Assembly: GCA_963821785.1 (NCBI GenBank)
Contig: CAWGFC010000005.1
Span: 27,065 to 91,064 of the forward strand
DNA: 64,000 nucleotides
Direction: 5' to 3'
From: an uncultured Alphaproteobacteria bacterium
GTDB taxonomy: Bacteria > Pseudomonadota > Alphaproteobacteria > Rhizobiales > Xanthobacteraceae
In this document: one piece after another, positions 23,746-33,857 of the stretch
Layout of the letters: the number at the start of each line of letters is the position of its first letter
Position numbering within the stretch: the stretch's first letter is position 1
Made by a program: the position numbers and the translations under genes
Notes under the pieces: model-generated
Seen by the model: the letters and a program-made list of their open reading frames with translations, nothing else
The model's database searches: none
Told to the model about the DNA's origin: nothing

Positions 23746-24276
23746 GTGCAGTTGGAGCGCACTGCGATCGAGGGCCTGATCGAAGTCGAAGTGACGCCGC
23801 ATGAAGACGAGCGCGGCATCTTTGCGCGCACCTATGACGAAGAGGTATTCGCCCGCGCCGGCCTGCCGACACATTGGCCGCAATGCAACACGTCCTGGAA
23901 CCGGCGGCGCGGCACGCTGCGCGGCATGCATTTCCAGGCGGCGCCAAAGGAGGAGCCGAAATTGGTGCGCTGCACGGCCGGTCGCGTGTTCGACGTGGCG
24001 GTCGATCTGCGCCGCGGTTCATCGACCTATCTTGGCTGGGTCGGTATCGAACTCTCGGCTGAAAAACGTAACGCGCTGTTCATTCCGGCGGGGCTGGCGC
24101 ACGGATTCCTCACCTTGGAGGACAGCACGGAGGTCTACTACCAGATGGGCGCGGTCTACGACGGCGGCCTCCAGCCCGGCGTGCGTTGGAACGATCCGGC
24201 CTTCGCCATTGCCTGGCCGTTCGCACCGACCGTAGTCTCCGCACGCGATGCCGGCTATGCAGATTACGCGCCATGA
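23746..24276 (+). CDS. RmlC/RfbC-family NDP-4-keto-6-deoxyhexose 3,5-epimerase
   Basis: DERGIFAR, GTLRGMHFQ, DVAVDLR and AHGFLTL motifs. Confidence 0.92.
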   Translation: MQLERTAIEGLIEVEVTPHEDERGIFARTYDEEVFARAGLPTHWPQCNTSWNRRRGTLRGMHFQAAPKEEPKLVRCTAGRVFDVAVDLRRGSSTYLGWVGIELSAEKRNALFIPAGLAHGFLTLEDSTEVYYQMGAVYDGGLQPGVRWNDPAFAIAWPFAPTVVSARDAGYADYAP

Positions 24277-25163
24277 AGCGCATTCTGCTCACAGGCGTCA
24301 CCGGCTTTATCGGCGCACATTGCCTGCGCCTTATCCTGAACGGCGATTACGACGAGATTCATGTAGTTACCAGGTCCGGAAGACAACCATCCGAATCTGG
24401 CACCACATGGCACGCGGCCGATCTTCGCGTTGCCGCCGAGGCGACGCGGATCATCGAAACAGTTCGCCCGACGCACCTATTTCACGCCGCGTGGATTGCA
24501 ACACCGGGCGTCTATCTCTCGTCGCCCGAAAATGTGGACTGGATGCAGGCTGGCATCGCGCTCGTCCGCGCCTTCGCCGAGCAAGGCGGCCAACGCTTCG
24601 TCGGGGTCGGCAGCAGCGCCGAATATGCGCCATCTGGCGTGCCTTGCGATGAGGATCGAACGCCGTTGCACCCCGCGTCTATTTATGGACATTGCAAGCT
24701 AGCTCTGTGGCATGCGGTGCAAGCCCTGGCATATCGCTACAAGATGCAGGCCGCGTGGGGTCGCGTATTTCTGCCTTTTGGTCCGGGCGATCATCCGGCC
24801 CGGCTGATCCCGTTCGCCCTCGCAGCGTTGCGCGCGCGCAAGCCGCTGCCCTTGTCACAAGGAGAACAATTGCGTGATTTTGTCTATGCCCCGGACGCTG
24901 CCAAATTGTTAGTTGGGCTTTTCGGTGCACCCAAAACCGGTGCGTTCAACATCGGCAGCGGCGAAGCTCGATCGGTGCGTTCCGTCATTGAAGCCATTGC
25001 CGACCGCCTTGGAGCGCGTGACTGTCTTCGTTTTGGCGAGTTGGCCCCGCGGGCATGGGAGCCACCCGTACTTGTGGCGAACATGCAAAAGGTGCGCGAT
25101 CGTCTGGGTCTTGAAGCTCACACAACCATGTCCGAGGCGCTCGATGGATTGATCGCTTCATGA
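24273..25163 (+). CDS. NAD-dependent epimerase/4-ketoreductase
   Basis: GVTGFIG, GSSAEY and YGHCK (YxxxK) motifs. Confidence 0.85.
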   Translation: MKRILLTGVTGFIGAHCLRLILNGDYDEIHVVTRSGRQPSESGTTWHAADLRVAAEATRIIETVRPTHLFHAAWIATPGVYLSSPENVDWMQAGIALVRAFAEQGGQRFVGVGSSAEYAPSGVPCDEDRTPLHPASIYGHCKLALWHAVQALAYRYKMQAAWGRVFLPFGPGDHPARLIPFALAALRARKPLPLSQGEQLRDFVYAPDAAKLLVGLFGAPKTGAFNIGSGEARSVRSVIEAIADRLGARDCLRFGELAPRAWEPPVLVANMQKVRDRLGLEAHTTMSEALDGLIAS

Positions 25164-25185
25164 TCTCACCGTTCCCGGTTGGTTA

Positions 25186-26742
25186 ATGCTCAGTCCGCAC
25201 GAGGGAGTACATTCAATTCGTTCGCTTTCCCAAAATATCTTGTCAGCGGGGTTCTCGCGCTTTTGGCAAGCGGCGCTGCAGCTATTGATCACGCCCTTTA
25301 TTGTGCACTATCTCGGGCCAAAGTCTTACGGGCTTGTTGGCTTCTATGCGACCATCTCCCTGTTCCTGGCCTTTCTCGATCAAGCGGTTAGCCCAACGCT
25401 GACCCGCGAATTGGCGCGTTCGTCGCATCAAGCTGACGCCGGTAGGAGCCTGCGTTGTCTTTTGCGCTCGCTGGAATTGCTGTCGGGCGGTATCGCCGTC
25501 ATTCTCGGCGCAACGGTCGCGGGAGGAGCGCCGCTCATCGCGCGATATTGGCTTGTGAACAGCGGGATTCCCGAATCCGAGCTTATCGAAGCGATCCGCC
25601 TGATGGGACTAAGCCTCGCCTGTCAGTGGCCGGCCACGCTGTATAGCGGCGGCTTTGTCGGACTACGGCGGCAGGACCTTCTGGTGCCCGTGCGCGTGAC
25701 TGTCATTACAGTGCAGTCGGTCGGCGCAGTGCTGCTGCTTTCCAAAGTTTCGGCTTCGCCACTTTTGTATTTTGCTTGGATGGCCATCACATCGGCATTG
25801 CTGAGCCTCATCCTGCGAGCATTTCTTTGGCGAATGATGCCGTCCAGCAAAGAGCCCGCCCGGTTTGATCCGGACGTGCTGCGAACGATCTGGCGGTTCG
25901 CCACCGGCAACCTCATAATCGGATTGACGGTCGCCCTGTTGACGCAATCCGGCGGGCTTATCGTAGCGAAATACTGCGCGTTGGAGCAACTCGCGGCCTA
26001 CACCTTGGCGGTGAGTTTTGCCGGGCAGGTCTCGACAATCCTCGTGCAGCCGATTTCAACGACGCTGATGCCGCACTTCGCGCATCTGACATCGCAACGG
26101 GACGCCGCCCGGTTAGCCCGCGAATATCACCGCTGGAGCCAGATTTTTTCCGCGTTGGTCTTACCAATCACCGGCACTTTGATTGTATTCGGGAAGCCAC
26201 TATTACAAGTCTGGCTCGGAAGCGCGTCGCCGCTTGTAAATCCGGTTTCCGAACTGCTTCCATGGATTGCGATCGGGACGCTTCTCAATACGCTGGTGAC
26301 CCCGTCCTATTTCCTGCAGATCGCCAATGGCTGGACCAGCCTTATCGTGACCATGAATTTCATCGCGCTCGCCGTGATTCTGCCCGCCTTAGTGATCGCA
26401 GTGCCCCGTTATGGCCCCATCGCAGCGGCCGTGTGCTGGATCGGTATCAATCTTCCTTATTATGTGATCATGGTACCGTACATGCACCGGCGCCTCCTGC
26501 CGAATGATCTATGGGCATGGTGCGGCCGTGACACGCTGTTGCCGTTAGCTGTCGTCGGGATCATCTATGGCGGCGCGCGGCTATTGACGCCGTCCGACGT
26601 GCCGCAATTTGCCGGCCTCGCAGCCGCCGTTGTCGTAGCCGCGCTTGCATGGGCTGCGCTGCTCGTCGCACTACCTCAAGTCCGCGCCGATGCATTTGGC
26701 ATGCTGAATATAGTCAGGCTGAAGTTTACAAGGGCTGGCTAG
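25186..26742 (+). CDS. Wzx-type polysaccharide flippase
   Basis: Multi-TM protein; TPFIVHYLGPKSYGLVG N-terminal pattern; sugar-gene context. Confidence 0.85.
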   Translation: MLSPHEGVHSIRSLSQNILSAGFSRFWQAALQLLITPFIVHYLGPKSYGLVGFYATISLFLAFLDQAVSPTLTRELARSSHQADAGRSLRCLLRSLELLSGGIAVILGATVAGGAPLIARYWLVNSGIPESELIEAIRLMGLSLACQWPATLYSGGFVGLRRQDLLVPVRVTVITVQSVGAVLLLSKVSASPLLYFAWMAITSALLSLILRAFLWRMMPSSKEPARFDPDVLRTIWRFATGNLIIGLTVALLTQSGGLIVAKYCALEQLAAYTLAVSFAGQVSTILVQPISTTLMPHFAHLTSQRDAARLAREYHRWSQIFSALVLPITGTLIVFGKPLLQVWLGSASPLVNPVSELLPWIAIGTLLNTLVTPSYFLQIANGWTSLIVTMNFIALAVILPALVIAVPRYGPIAAAVCWIGINLPYYVIMVPYMHRRLLPNDLWAWCGRDTLLPLAVVGIIYGGARLLTPSDVPQFAGLAAAVVVAALAWAALLVALPQVRADAFGMLNIVRLKFTRAG

Positions 26743-26765
26743 CTCATGGCCTACGCGGCCGCCTT

Positions 26766-27802
26766 TTAGCCCTGCCGTTTCCAGATACGATTGAAGAAAA
26801 GTCGATGACAGATCGTTCGGTCTAGCACGAGGCTCCAGTTCGAGCCCAGCATGTAGTCGTCGGCAGTCAGATCCGTTCCGTCGGTAGGATTCTTCCATGA
26901 CTCCCACTGCCTAATGAAAATATGGCCGCGCGACAGTAGCTGGAACTCGGAGAGATACAGGTACGCCTGATTCTGGCGGTCTCGGCAGGGTGCTGATCGT
27001 AAGTACGACGTCAAAATAGGAATCGGGAGATTTCCGGAGTCGTTGGGCGTAAGCAGCGCGGCCGAAGCCTTCGCCATCTCGTCTTTGACATCTTCGATGT
27101 GATCGATGTGACGGAAGTGGAACACTGGATCTGGGCCAAGGGTTTGATCAAGGTACCACTGTGCCACACCGAGCGCAGGCGGATATCGAAGATGAAGTAT
27201 TGTCCCGGTAACATAGTTAAGGTGGTATGGGCGAGGCGACCATAGCCCGCGCCCAGCTCTGCAATGCGTGGGCTCGAAGATGCTTTCGGCAAATCTGCAA
27301 TAAGGTTGCACTCGATGATCGAGTTGGCGAGATCCTGGCTCAAAACCCGGTCGCCGACCATGACACGGAATGGGTTTCCAATTTCCGGTTCCGCGATTTT
27401 ATCATGAAGGTGATGCCGGTCATGCGCGACCATAATCGTCCAGACGAAGCTGACGTAGAGGCGGTACATGAGCCGCTGCAGCCGGCTCAGCCCGATCCGC
27501 TCGTCACTCGTGGTCAAGCGCAAGTATTCCGTATCTTGCAGCCGACTGACGAACGGTAACAGGTTCGGGTGGCGGCACCACCTAATGAATGCGTGGCGAA
27601 ATAGCGGGTGCGCCGGGCCGTCAATGAACCAGTTGAAATAATTCTGAGAGACCGTGCGTTTGAAATTGGCAAGCCCTTCGATCTCCAGCATGCGGGCGTT
27701 CTTGCTGCTGAGGTCTTGCCAGAACGCGGACGGCAGGAAAATTGGATCGTCCGCCTTGAGTTCGTCGACCATAGCATTGAAGGCATCGATCTCTGCCATC
27801 AC
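26766..27802 (-). pseudogene. Putative sugar O-methyltransferase, frameshifted (about four single-base deletions)
   Basis: PSAFW...NFKRTV...ELGAGYGRLA...FDI|PPALGVAQWYL...LLTPN|...PDSYFDVVLTISTLP|...RQNQAYLYLSEF is spread across three frames. Confidence 0.75.
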
Positions 27803-28189
27803 GGGTCTATTCCTCGACCAAACAATGACAATTCTCGATCATTGGAATGCTGCAAAACCGCTGCAGGCCACTGTGCGCACAGGTCTTGTTCTCCGTCGAA
27901 CATCGCAGCATCGCTCCGTGCATAATTCTCTTTCGGGTCGCAGCGAATTCTTCTTCAAGGTCTGCAATAGCTCGTTTCGCCCATTGGCCCAATAGCGTGT
28001 GCCGCCGCGATTGCGCCGGATCGCGGCACAATGTTATGCAGTCCACGGCTGTGGAAGCGCCCTGCTACGCGGATTCATAACTATTTGAATCGCAATGATT
28101 TATCCTCTCGCCGGCGGCAATGCTCAGGTGGGAGACGGAGAGTCGATGGACGCCCGACAAGAAGGAGAACTGGACGCGAGGTCGCTTGT

Positions 28190-29091
28190 ATGACGGGGTT
28201 TCCAGCGTCACACACTCCAGGCTGTGCCGGTCGAGAGACACCATTCTTGCGGACGACAGACCGAAATCGCCAAGCCGGCAATGAATGGTTCCAATATCTG
28301 CGATGCAATACCTGCGGTCTGATTAACTCGCTGACATCCCGGAAAATTTGGAGCAGTACTATTCATCCGATTACTATGACATTCCCACCACCGAACGGCT
28401 TGCCGAATTAGCGCGCGAGGATACTTTCAAGATTGAAACACTCACACATTATTCGCGCCCCGGGCGATTGCTGGAAATTGGCCCTGCATGGGGGACATTC
28501 GCACTGCAAGCGAAGCAGGCAGGCTACCAAGTTGACGCCATCGAAATGGACGCCAACTGTTGCGCTTTCTTGAACCAGACGGTTGGTGTGCGGGCTATAT
28601 GCAGCAATACACCGCATGAGGTGATGGAGTCGCTAGGTCCCCATGATGTCATCGCTATATGGCAGGTGATTGAGCACATTCCGGATCCCTGGACCTTGCT
28701 GGGAGCAGGCGCAAAAAACCTCACACCCGGCGGCATACTTATTCTCGCAACGCCAAACCCCGATGCTTGGCAGTTTCGTGTCATGGGTTCAGAATGGCCG
28801 CATATCGACGCGCCACGACATCTTTTCCTGATTCCATCGGATACATTGATTTCGTACGCAGCGAATCTCGGTCTTGATGTTGTACAGAAGTCGACGATCG
28901 ACCGCGATGCAAGATCGTGGAATCGTTTTGGTTGGCAGAGGTTGTTGATGAATCGCGTCAAAGGGAAATGGCTGAAGCGCGCCGCGCTCCTTGCGGGCTA
29001 TGGCATCGCGACAGTTTTTGCTCCGATTGAGAATCGCGAGCCGAACGGCAGCTCCTACACGATTGTGTTCCGCAAGGCAGCTACGCGATGA
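28190..29091 (+). pseudogene. Class I SAM methyltransferase with N-terminal Zn-ribbon, one frameshift near 28325
   Basis: FQYLRCNTCGLI|LADIPENLEQYYSSDYY...LLEIGPAWG...WQVIEH...PRHL; the 28031 and 28348 ORFs join if one base is added. Confidence 0.7.
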
Positions 29092-30233
29092 GATTTTCCG
29101 TACTTTTGCCAACCCGCAATGGGGGTGCGTTTCTCGAAAATTGTCTCCGTTCCGTACTTGAACAAGATCACAGCAATTTTGAACTTGTGGTTTCAGACAA
29201 TGCGAATTCCGACAATACGCCTGACATTCTACGCACTTTTGCCGGCGATCCTCGCCTTAGGGTGCTGCGCCAGGAGCAGCCGCTTCCAGTTCACGAGAAC
29301 TGGACAGCTGCGATCGAGAACTCTTGCGGCGACTATGTGCTGATGATGGGCGATGACGATTATCTCCTGCCAGGCGCGTTGACCCGGTTGGACGAGGCAC
29401 TTAAACGCCACGGAGATCCCGATTGCATATTGTTCAACGGCTATTCATACGTGGCGCCCGACACGATCGGCGGTTCGACACCGAGTTATTGGGCGCCATA
29501 TCACTTTACTTATGGGCCGGAACTGTCCGTCGAAGGCGTCATTAGAAACGATGAGCGGCAATCCATTGTTCGCGACATGTTTCAGTTCCGACAACGCATC
29601 CCGCTTAACATGCAGACTACCCTCTTTTCGAGAAGTGCAGCCGCCGCGGTCCCGGGCGGCATCTTTCAGCCCCCCTTTCCTGACCATTTTCTGCTCAACG
29701 CCTTGCTCATTTCGGCAAAAAAATGGGTTTTTCTTCCGGACCGCCTGGTAATCGTCGGGATGTCGCCGAAGTCTTTCGGCCACTTTTTTTATACTCAGCA
29801 ACCGGCAGATGGGTTGCGATATCTCGGAATTAACACGGATTTTTCTAATGCGCTGCCCGGCAACGAATTGCTCAACGGAATGTGCGTCTGGCTTATCCAT
29901 CTAAAAGAAGTCTATGGGCCGAAGCTCGCCGAGATAGAAATCGATCGGGCTGGATATCTCATAAGGCAGGTTTATTATTGGTTATCTCAATATATCTATG
30001 GCGTTATCCCCCGGGACCAATTATTGCGGCGCATCCGTTTGCTTTCTTTCGGTGACTGGATATCGGTCATGGGTGCAGCCGTTCGTCCCCAGACATTGCA
30101 ACGCATGTTCCGGACGTTTCGCATCCGGCGCAAGACGCACGTAGAATTGCTTTGGCAAAATCTGTTGCCGCTCCAGGGCCCGCGCGATATCCGTGAGTTT
30201 GCACAGTGGCTGGAACCGGGTCGCACGGTGTAA
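29088..30233 (+). CDS. Glycosyltransferase family 2
   Basis: FSVLLPTRNG, ELVVSDNANSD and MMGDDD motifs. Confidence 0.9.
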   Translation: MRFSVLLPTRNGGAFLENCLRSVLEQDHSNFELVVSDNANSDNTPDILRTFAGDPRLRVLRQEQPLPVHENWTAAIENSCGDYVLMMGDDDYLLPGALTRLDEALKRHGDPDCILFNGYSYVAPDTIGGSTPSYWAPYHFTYGPELSVEGVIRNDERQSIVRDMFQFRQRIPLNMQTTLFSRSAAAAVPGGIFQPPFPDHFLLNALLISAKKWVFLPDRLVIVGMSPKSFGHFFYTQQPADGLRYLGINTDFSNALPGNELLNGMCVWLIHLKEVYGPKLAEIEIDRAGYLIRQVYYWLSQYIYGVIPRDQLLRRIRLLSFGDWISVMGAAVRPQTLQRMFRTFRIRRKTHVELLWQNLLPLQGPRDIREFAQWLEPGRTV

Positions 30234-30280
30234 CTAGACTAGCTCCCCAAATTTTGGCCGGCACATATAACGTAGCGTGT

Positions 30281-31351
30281 ATGAGCAAATCGTATCCGCG
30301 AATTGGTTATTCTCCCTACACTCCCGACTTGACCCACCCGGGCGACATCCGCCGCTTTGTGGGTTATGCGCGGGCGCGACATCTGCCGTTTGAAATCGCG
30401 CGACCGGACGAGCGTTATGACGTCGTTATCCTGAGTGAACTCTCCGATATCAGCGTCTGGTCCGAATACCGGAGCGGCAAGGTCGTTTACGATCTCATCG
30501 ATTCGTATCTGGCGGTGCCCCGCACCGACATAAAGCAATTGCTGCGCGGCCTGATTTGGTATGCGAACGGGCGGCAGCGACGGCTACGGATGGATTTCAA
30601 GGGGGCTATCCAGGATATGTGCCGCCGGGCCGATGCGGTTGTGTGTACGACCGACGCGCAGAAAAGCGACATCGAGTCGTTTTGTCCGAACGTGCACATT
30701 ATTCTTGATATTCACGACTACGCCGTCCGAAATCGAAAGCATGATTACAGCGCTCATACCCCCTTCAATCTGGTGTGGGAGGGCCTCCCCTCCAATCTTC
30801 CGCAGTTGAAGGCTATCCGCTCGGTGTTGCACGAGATTTCGCAACGCAGGGAGGCCGTCCTAAATATCGTTACCGATCCCGATCGCCCGGGTGTAATCCC
30901 CTATTTGCCCAGAATTAAAAGTGTCGAAGTTGCGAAGAGAATTTTTGGCAATGTCGTATTTCATCGGTGGGACGAGGCGACCTTCTCCGAAGTCGTCACC
31001 AAATGTGACGTAGCGATTATCCCAATTTCCACCGGTGACCCGTTCACTCGAGGCAAGCCGGGCAACAAATTAGCTTTGCTATGGCGAATGGCCATGCCGG
31101 TTGTGACGTCGGCTACGCCGGCCTATCGGCGCATGCAGGATGCCGCTGGACTTGACTATCTCGCTTGCGACGACAGCTCGGATTGGTTCACGGCCTTTGA
31201 TCGATTAATGTCCGATGAAGCGGCGCGCCGCGACGCTGGCGAGCGCGGATATGCTTTTGTAACAGCGAACCTGGAAACGAACAGACTGCTGACGCTTTGG
31301 GACGGTGTGTTTTCTTCGATCGGATTTGATTTTAGCGGGAGTTGGAACTGA
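30281..31351 (+). CDS. Glycosyltransferase-like (GT-B/GT4-like) protein
   Basis: YDLIDSY, ADAVVCTT, KPGNKL...MPVVTS pattern; cluster context. Confidence 0.6.
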   Translation: MSKSYPRIGYSPYTPDLTHPGDIRRFVGYARARHLPFEIARPDERYDVVILSELSDISVWSEYRSGKVVYDLIDSYLAVPRTDIKQLLRGLIWYANGRQRRLRMDFKGAIQDMCRRADAVVCTTDAQKSDIESFCPNVHIILDIHDYAVRNRKHDYSAHTPFNLVWEGLPSNLPQLKAIRSVLHEISQRREAVLNIVTDPDRPGVIPYLPRIKSVEVAKRIFGNVVFHRWDEATFSEVVTKCDVAIIPISTGDPFTRGKPGNKLALLWRMAMPVVTSATPAYRRMQDAAGLDYLACDDSSDWFTAFDRLMSDEAARRDAGERGYAFVTANLETNRLLTLWDGVFSSIGFDFSGSWN

Positions 31352-31501
31352 TTTCGGATCAGGATCGCCGTAGATTTCGCTTGAATTGAAAAAGAGAAAC
31401 CCTTCAAGCCCTTTGTTTTTCCGTGCCAGCTCCAGCAGATTTTTGACACCTTGCACCGCGCTTTCGATCGTCTCCAGCGGATACTTCATGTAATAGACAG
31501 G
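31340..31501 (-). pseudogene. Internal fragment of an NAD-dependent epimerase/decarboxylase (UXS-like)
   Basis: PVYYMKYPLETIESAVQGVKNLLELARKNKGLEGFLFFNSSEIYGDPDPKSVPT; both ends are missing. Confidence 0.75.
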
Positions 31502-31701
31502 CCAAGCCTTATTACGCGAATTCCAGCATCGCTCAAATGGTGGGCCCAGCATCCTGTGCCCTTAAGATAGCCTATGGTAACATTATGACCCGCAGCCTTT
31601 TGATGTGCCGTCAATTCGACGAGATGATTCTCGCAACCGCCACGGTTCAAGGTCGTAGTGACATGCATGATTGCCCAGGGCGGCCGACTAAACATTTTCA
31701 T
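31486..31701 (-). pseudogene. 5' fragment of a GT4 glycosyltransferase
   Basis: MKMFSRPPWAIMHVTTTLNRGGCENHLVEL...GHNVTIGYL...LSDAGIRVIRLGL, then fused out of frame to the epimerase fragment. Confidence 0.75.
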
Positions 31702-31757
31702 ACGCCGGATCCCGCCGAAGTTGATTGAACATAGACATTTTAACTCGAGATACTCGA

Positions 31758-33692
31758 TCAGCCGAGTGCCCAGCGCTCGCGCCACGCTTCGAACATCAGC
31801 ACGTCCCACAACAAATATTGCCAATTGCGGTGCCCGCTGAGATGTTCGGCCCAATGCCGGCGCACGCAGGCGGCGTCGAAAAAGCCGGCTTCGCGCAAGC
31901 GCTTTTCCGCCAACAGCGTTTCCGCCCAGTCCCGTAGCGGTCCGCGCAGCCATTCGCCGAGCGGAACGCCGAAGCCCATCTTCGGGCGCTCCACCAATTC
32001 CGGCGGGACATGGCGGTAGAGCACCTGCCGCAGCAACCACTTGCTCTTGCCGCCGCGTATTTTCACGGACCGGGGCAACGCCCATGCGAATTCGACCACC
32101 CGGTGATCGAGCAGCGGCACGCGCGCCTCCAGCGCGACCGCCATGCTGGCGCGATCGACCTTGGTCAGAATATCGTCAGGCAGATAGGTGACGAGGTCGA
32201 GCAATTGCATGCGATCGAGCAGCGAGGGCATTTCCGCAGCAAGCGACGCGTCCCAAAGAATGCCTTTGGGTTCTGACGTTCCGGGCATCACCTCGTTGGG
32301 CTCCCAATGGGTGATCAGGCGCCGGTAGACGGAGTCGCCATCGGGTAGCGCGAGCACGGAAGCGGCCTTGTGCAGCTTGTCGCCGATCTGCGCCGGTACC
32401 CGCGAAGGCAGAAAAGCTAACAGACGCGACCAGCGATCGGGCGAGACGCTGGTCAGCGCCGCGGCCATGCCCTGCCGTATTCCGCGCGGCAGCAGCGACA
32501 TGCGGCGCCAAAATCGTTGCGTCAGATGATAGCGGTTATAGCCCGCGAACAGTTCGTCGCCGCCATCGCCGGAGAGCGCCACCGTGACGTGCTTGCGCGT
32601 CATCGCGGAGACGAGATAAGTCGGAATTTGCGAGGAATCCGCAAACGGCTCGTCGTACCATTCCGACAATCGCGGAATGACGTCGAGCGCCTGCTGCGGC
32701 GTCACGGTGAGCTCGGTGTGATCGGTACCGAGATGGCGTGCGACCGCAGCCGCATGCGGTGCCTCGTCGAAGCCCGCAATGTCGAAGCCGATCGTGAACG
32801 TCTTGACCGGTCCGGCATTGGCGGCCTTCATCAATGCGGCGACCGTCGAGGAGTCGATGCCGCCCGACAGGAACGCGCCCAGCGGCACGTCGGCCATCAT
32901 CCGCCGCCGCACCGCGTCTGTGAGCAGGGCCTCCAATTCGTCGGTCAGTTCGCGGTCGCTGCCGCGGTTCGGATTGGCAAGACCTGTGTGCACGACCTGG
33001 CGCGCGTCCCAGAAGCGCTCGAGTTTCGGCTCGCCGCCCCAGGGCAGCGTGAGCACGGTGCCGGGCTCGAGCTTGTGCACGCCTTCATAGATCGTGTGCG
33101 GCGCCATGATGTAATTGTGCCGCATGAAGCCCGCCGCGGCGTTGCGATCGATGCGCGGCGTCCAGCCCGGATGCGCGCGCAACGCCTTGAGCTCGGAGCC
33201 GAACAGGAACAGATCGCCGAACTTGGCCCAGTAGAGCGGTTTGATGCCGAGCCGATCGCGCATCAGCGTGAGCGTGCGCTCGCGGCGATCCCACAGCGCT
33301 ATGGTGAACATTCCGATCATCCGGCGCAGCGTCGCTTCGACGCCGAACGCGGCGAATGATTCCAGAATGACTTCGGTATCCGAATGACCGCGAAATGAAA
33401 TGCCGCGCGCGGTCAGCGACGGCCTTATTTCCTCGTGGCTGTAAACCTCGCCGTTGTAAATGATGACGTAGCGCCCATCGGCCGAGATCATCGGCTGATG
33501 GCCGGCCGGCGATAGATCGACGATGGACAACCGTCGATGAATCAGGCTGACGCCCGCCTCCTCGTCGCTCCATACACCGTCGTCATCCGGCCCGCGGTGC
33601 CGTAAGGTTTCGCTCATCGAGGCGGCTATATCGGCGATCGGCCGCGCCGCGCCTTGCGAACGGCCTGCAATAAAGCCCGCGATACCGCACAT
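31758..33692 (-). CDS. asnB: Glutamine-hydrolysing asparagine synthase-like amidotransferase (polysaccharide-associated)
   Basis: MCGIAG, HRGPDD, YNGEVY, LSGGIDSS, SGDGGDE and KMGFGVP motifs. Confidence 0.93.
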   Translation of the reverse strand: MCGIAGFIAGRSQGAARPIADIAASMSETLRHRGPDDDGVWSDEEAGVSLIHRRLSIVDLSPAGHQPMISADGRYVIIYNGEVYSHEEIRPSLTARGISFRGHSDTEVILESFAAFGVEATLRRMIGMFTIALWDRRERTLTLMRDRLGIKPLYWAKFGDLFLFGSELKALRAHPGWTPRIDRNAAAGFMRHNYIMAPHTIYEGVHKLEPGTVLTLPWGGEPKLERFWDARQVVHTGLANPNRGSDRELTDELEALLTDAVRRRMMADVPLGAFLSGGIDSSTVAALMKAANAGPVKTFTIGFDIAGFDEAPHAAAVARHLGTDHTELTVTPQQALDVIPRLSEWYDEPFADSSQIPTYLVSAMTRKHVTVALSGDGGDELFAGYNRYHLTQRFWRRMSLLPRGIRQGMAAALTSVSPDRWSRLLAFLPSRVPAQIGDKLHKAASVLALPDGDSVYRRLITHWEPNEVMPGTSEPKGILWDASLAAEMPSLLDRMQLLDLVTYLPDDILTKVDRASMAVALEARVPLLDHRVVEFAWALPRSVKIRGGKSKWLLRQVLYRHVPPELVERPKMGFGVPLGEWLRGPLRDWAETLLAEKRLREAGFFDAACVRRHWAEHLSGHRNWQYLLWDVLMFEAWRERWALG

Positions 33693-33857
33693 CCGTTGAA
33701 TCCGAAACTGTCGCTGATTTAGCTACGCTTAGCGTTAGACGAAAAATTCAGCAATGGTGGACGTCTCGACCGCAACGTTGACTTTAACGCGCGCGCACGG
33801 TCCTTTACTGGGAAAAGCATGACCGGCGCAACAGCGCCACCCCATCGGGGAACTGCC

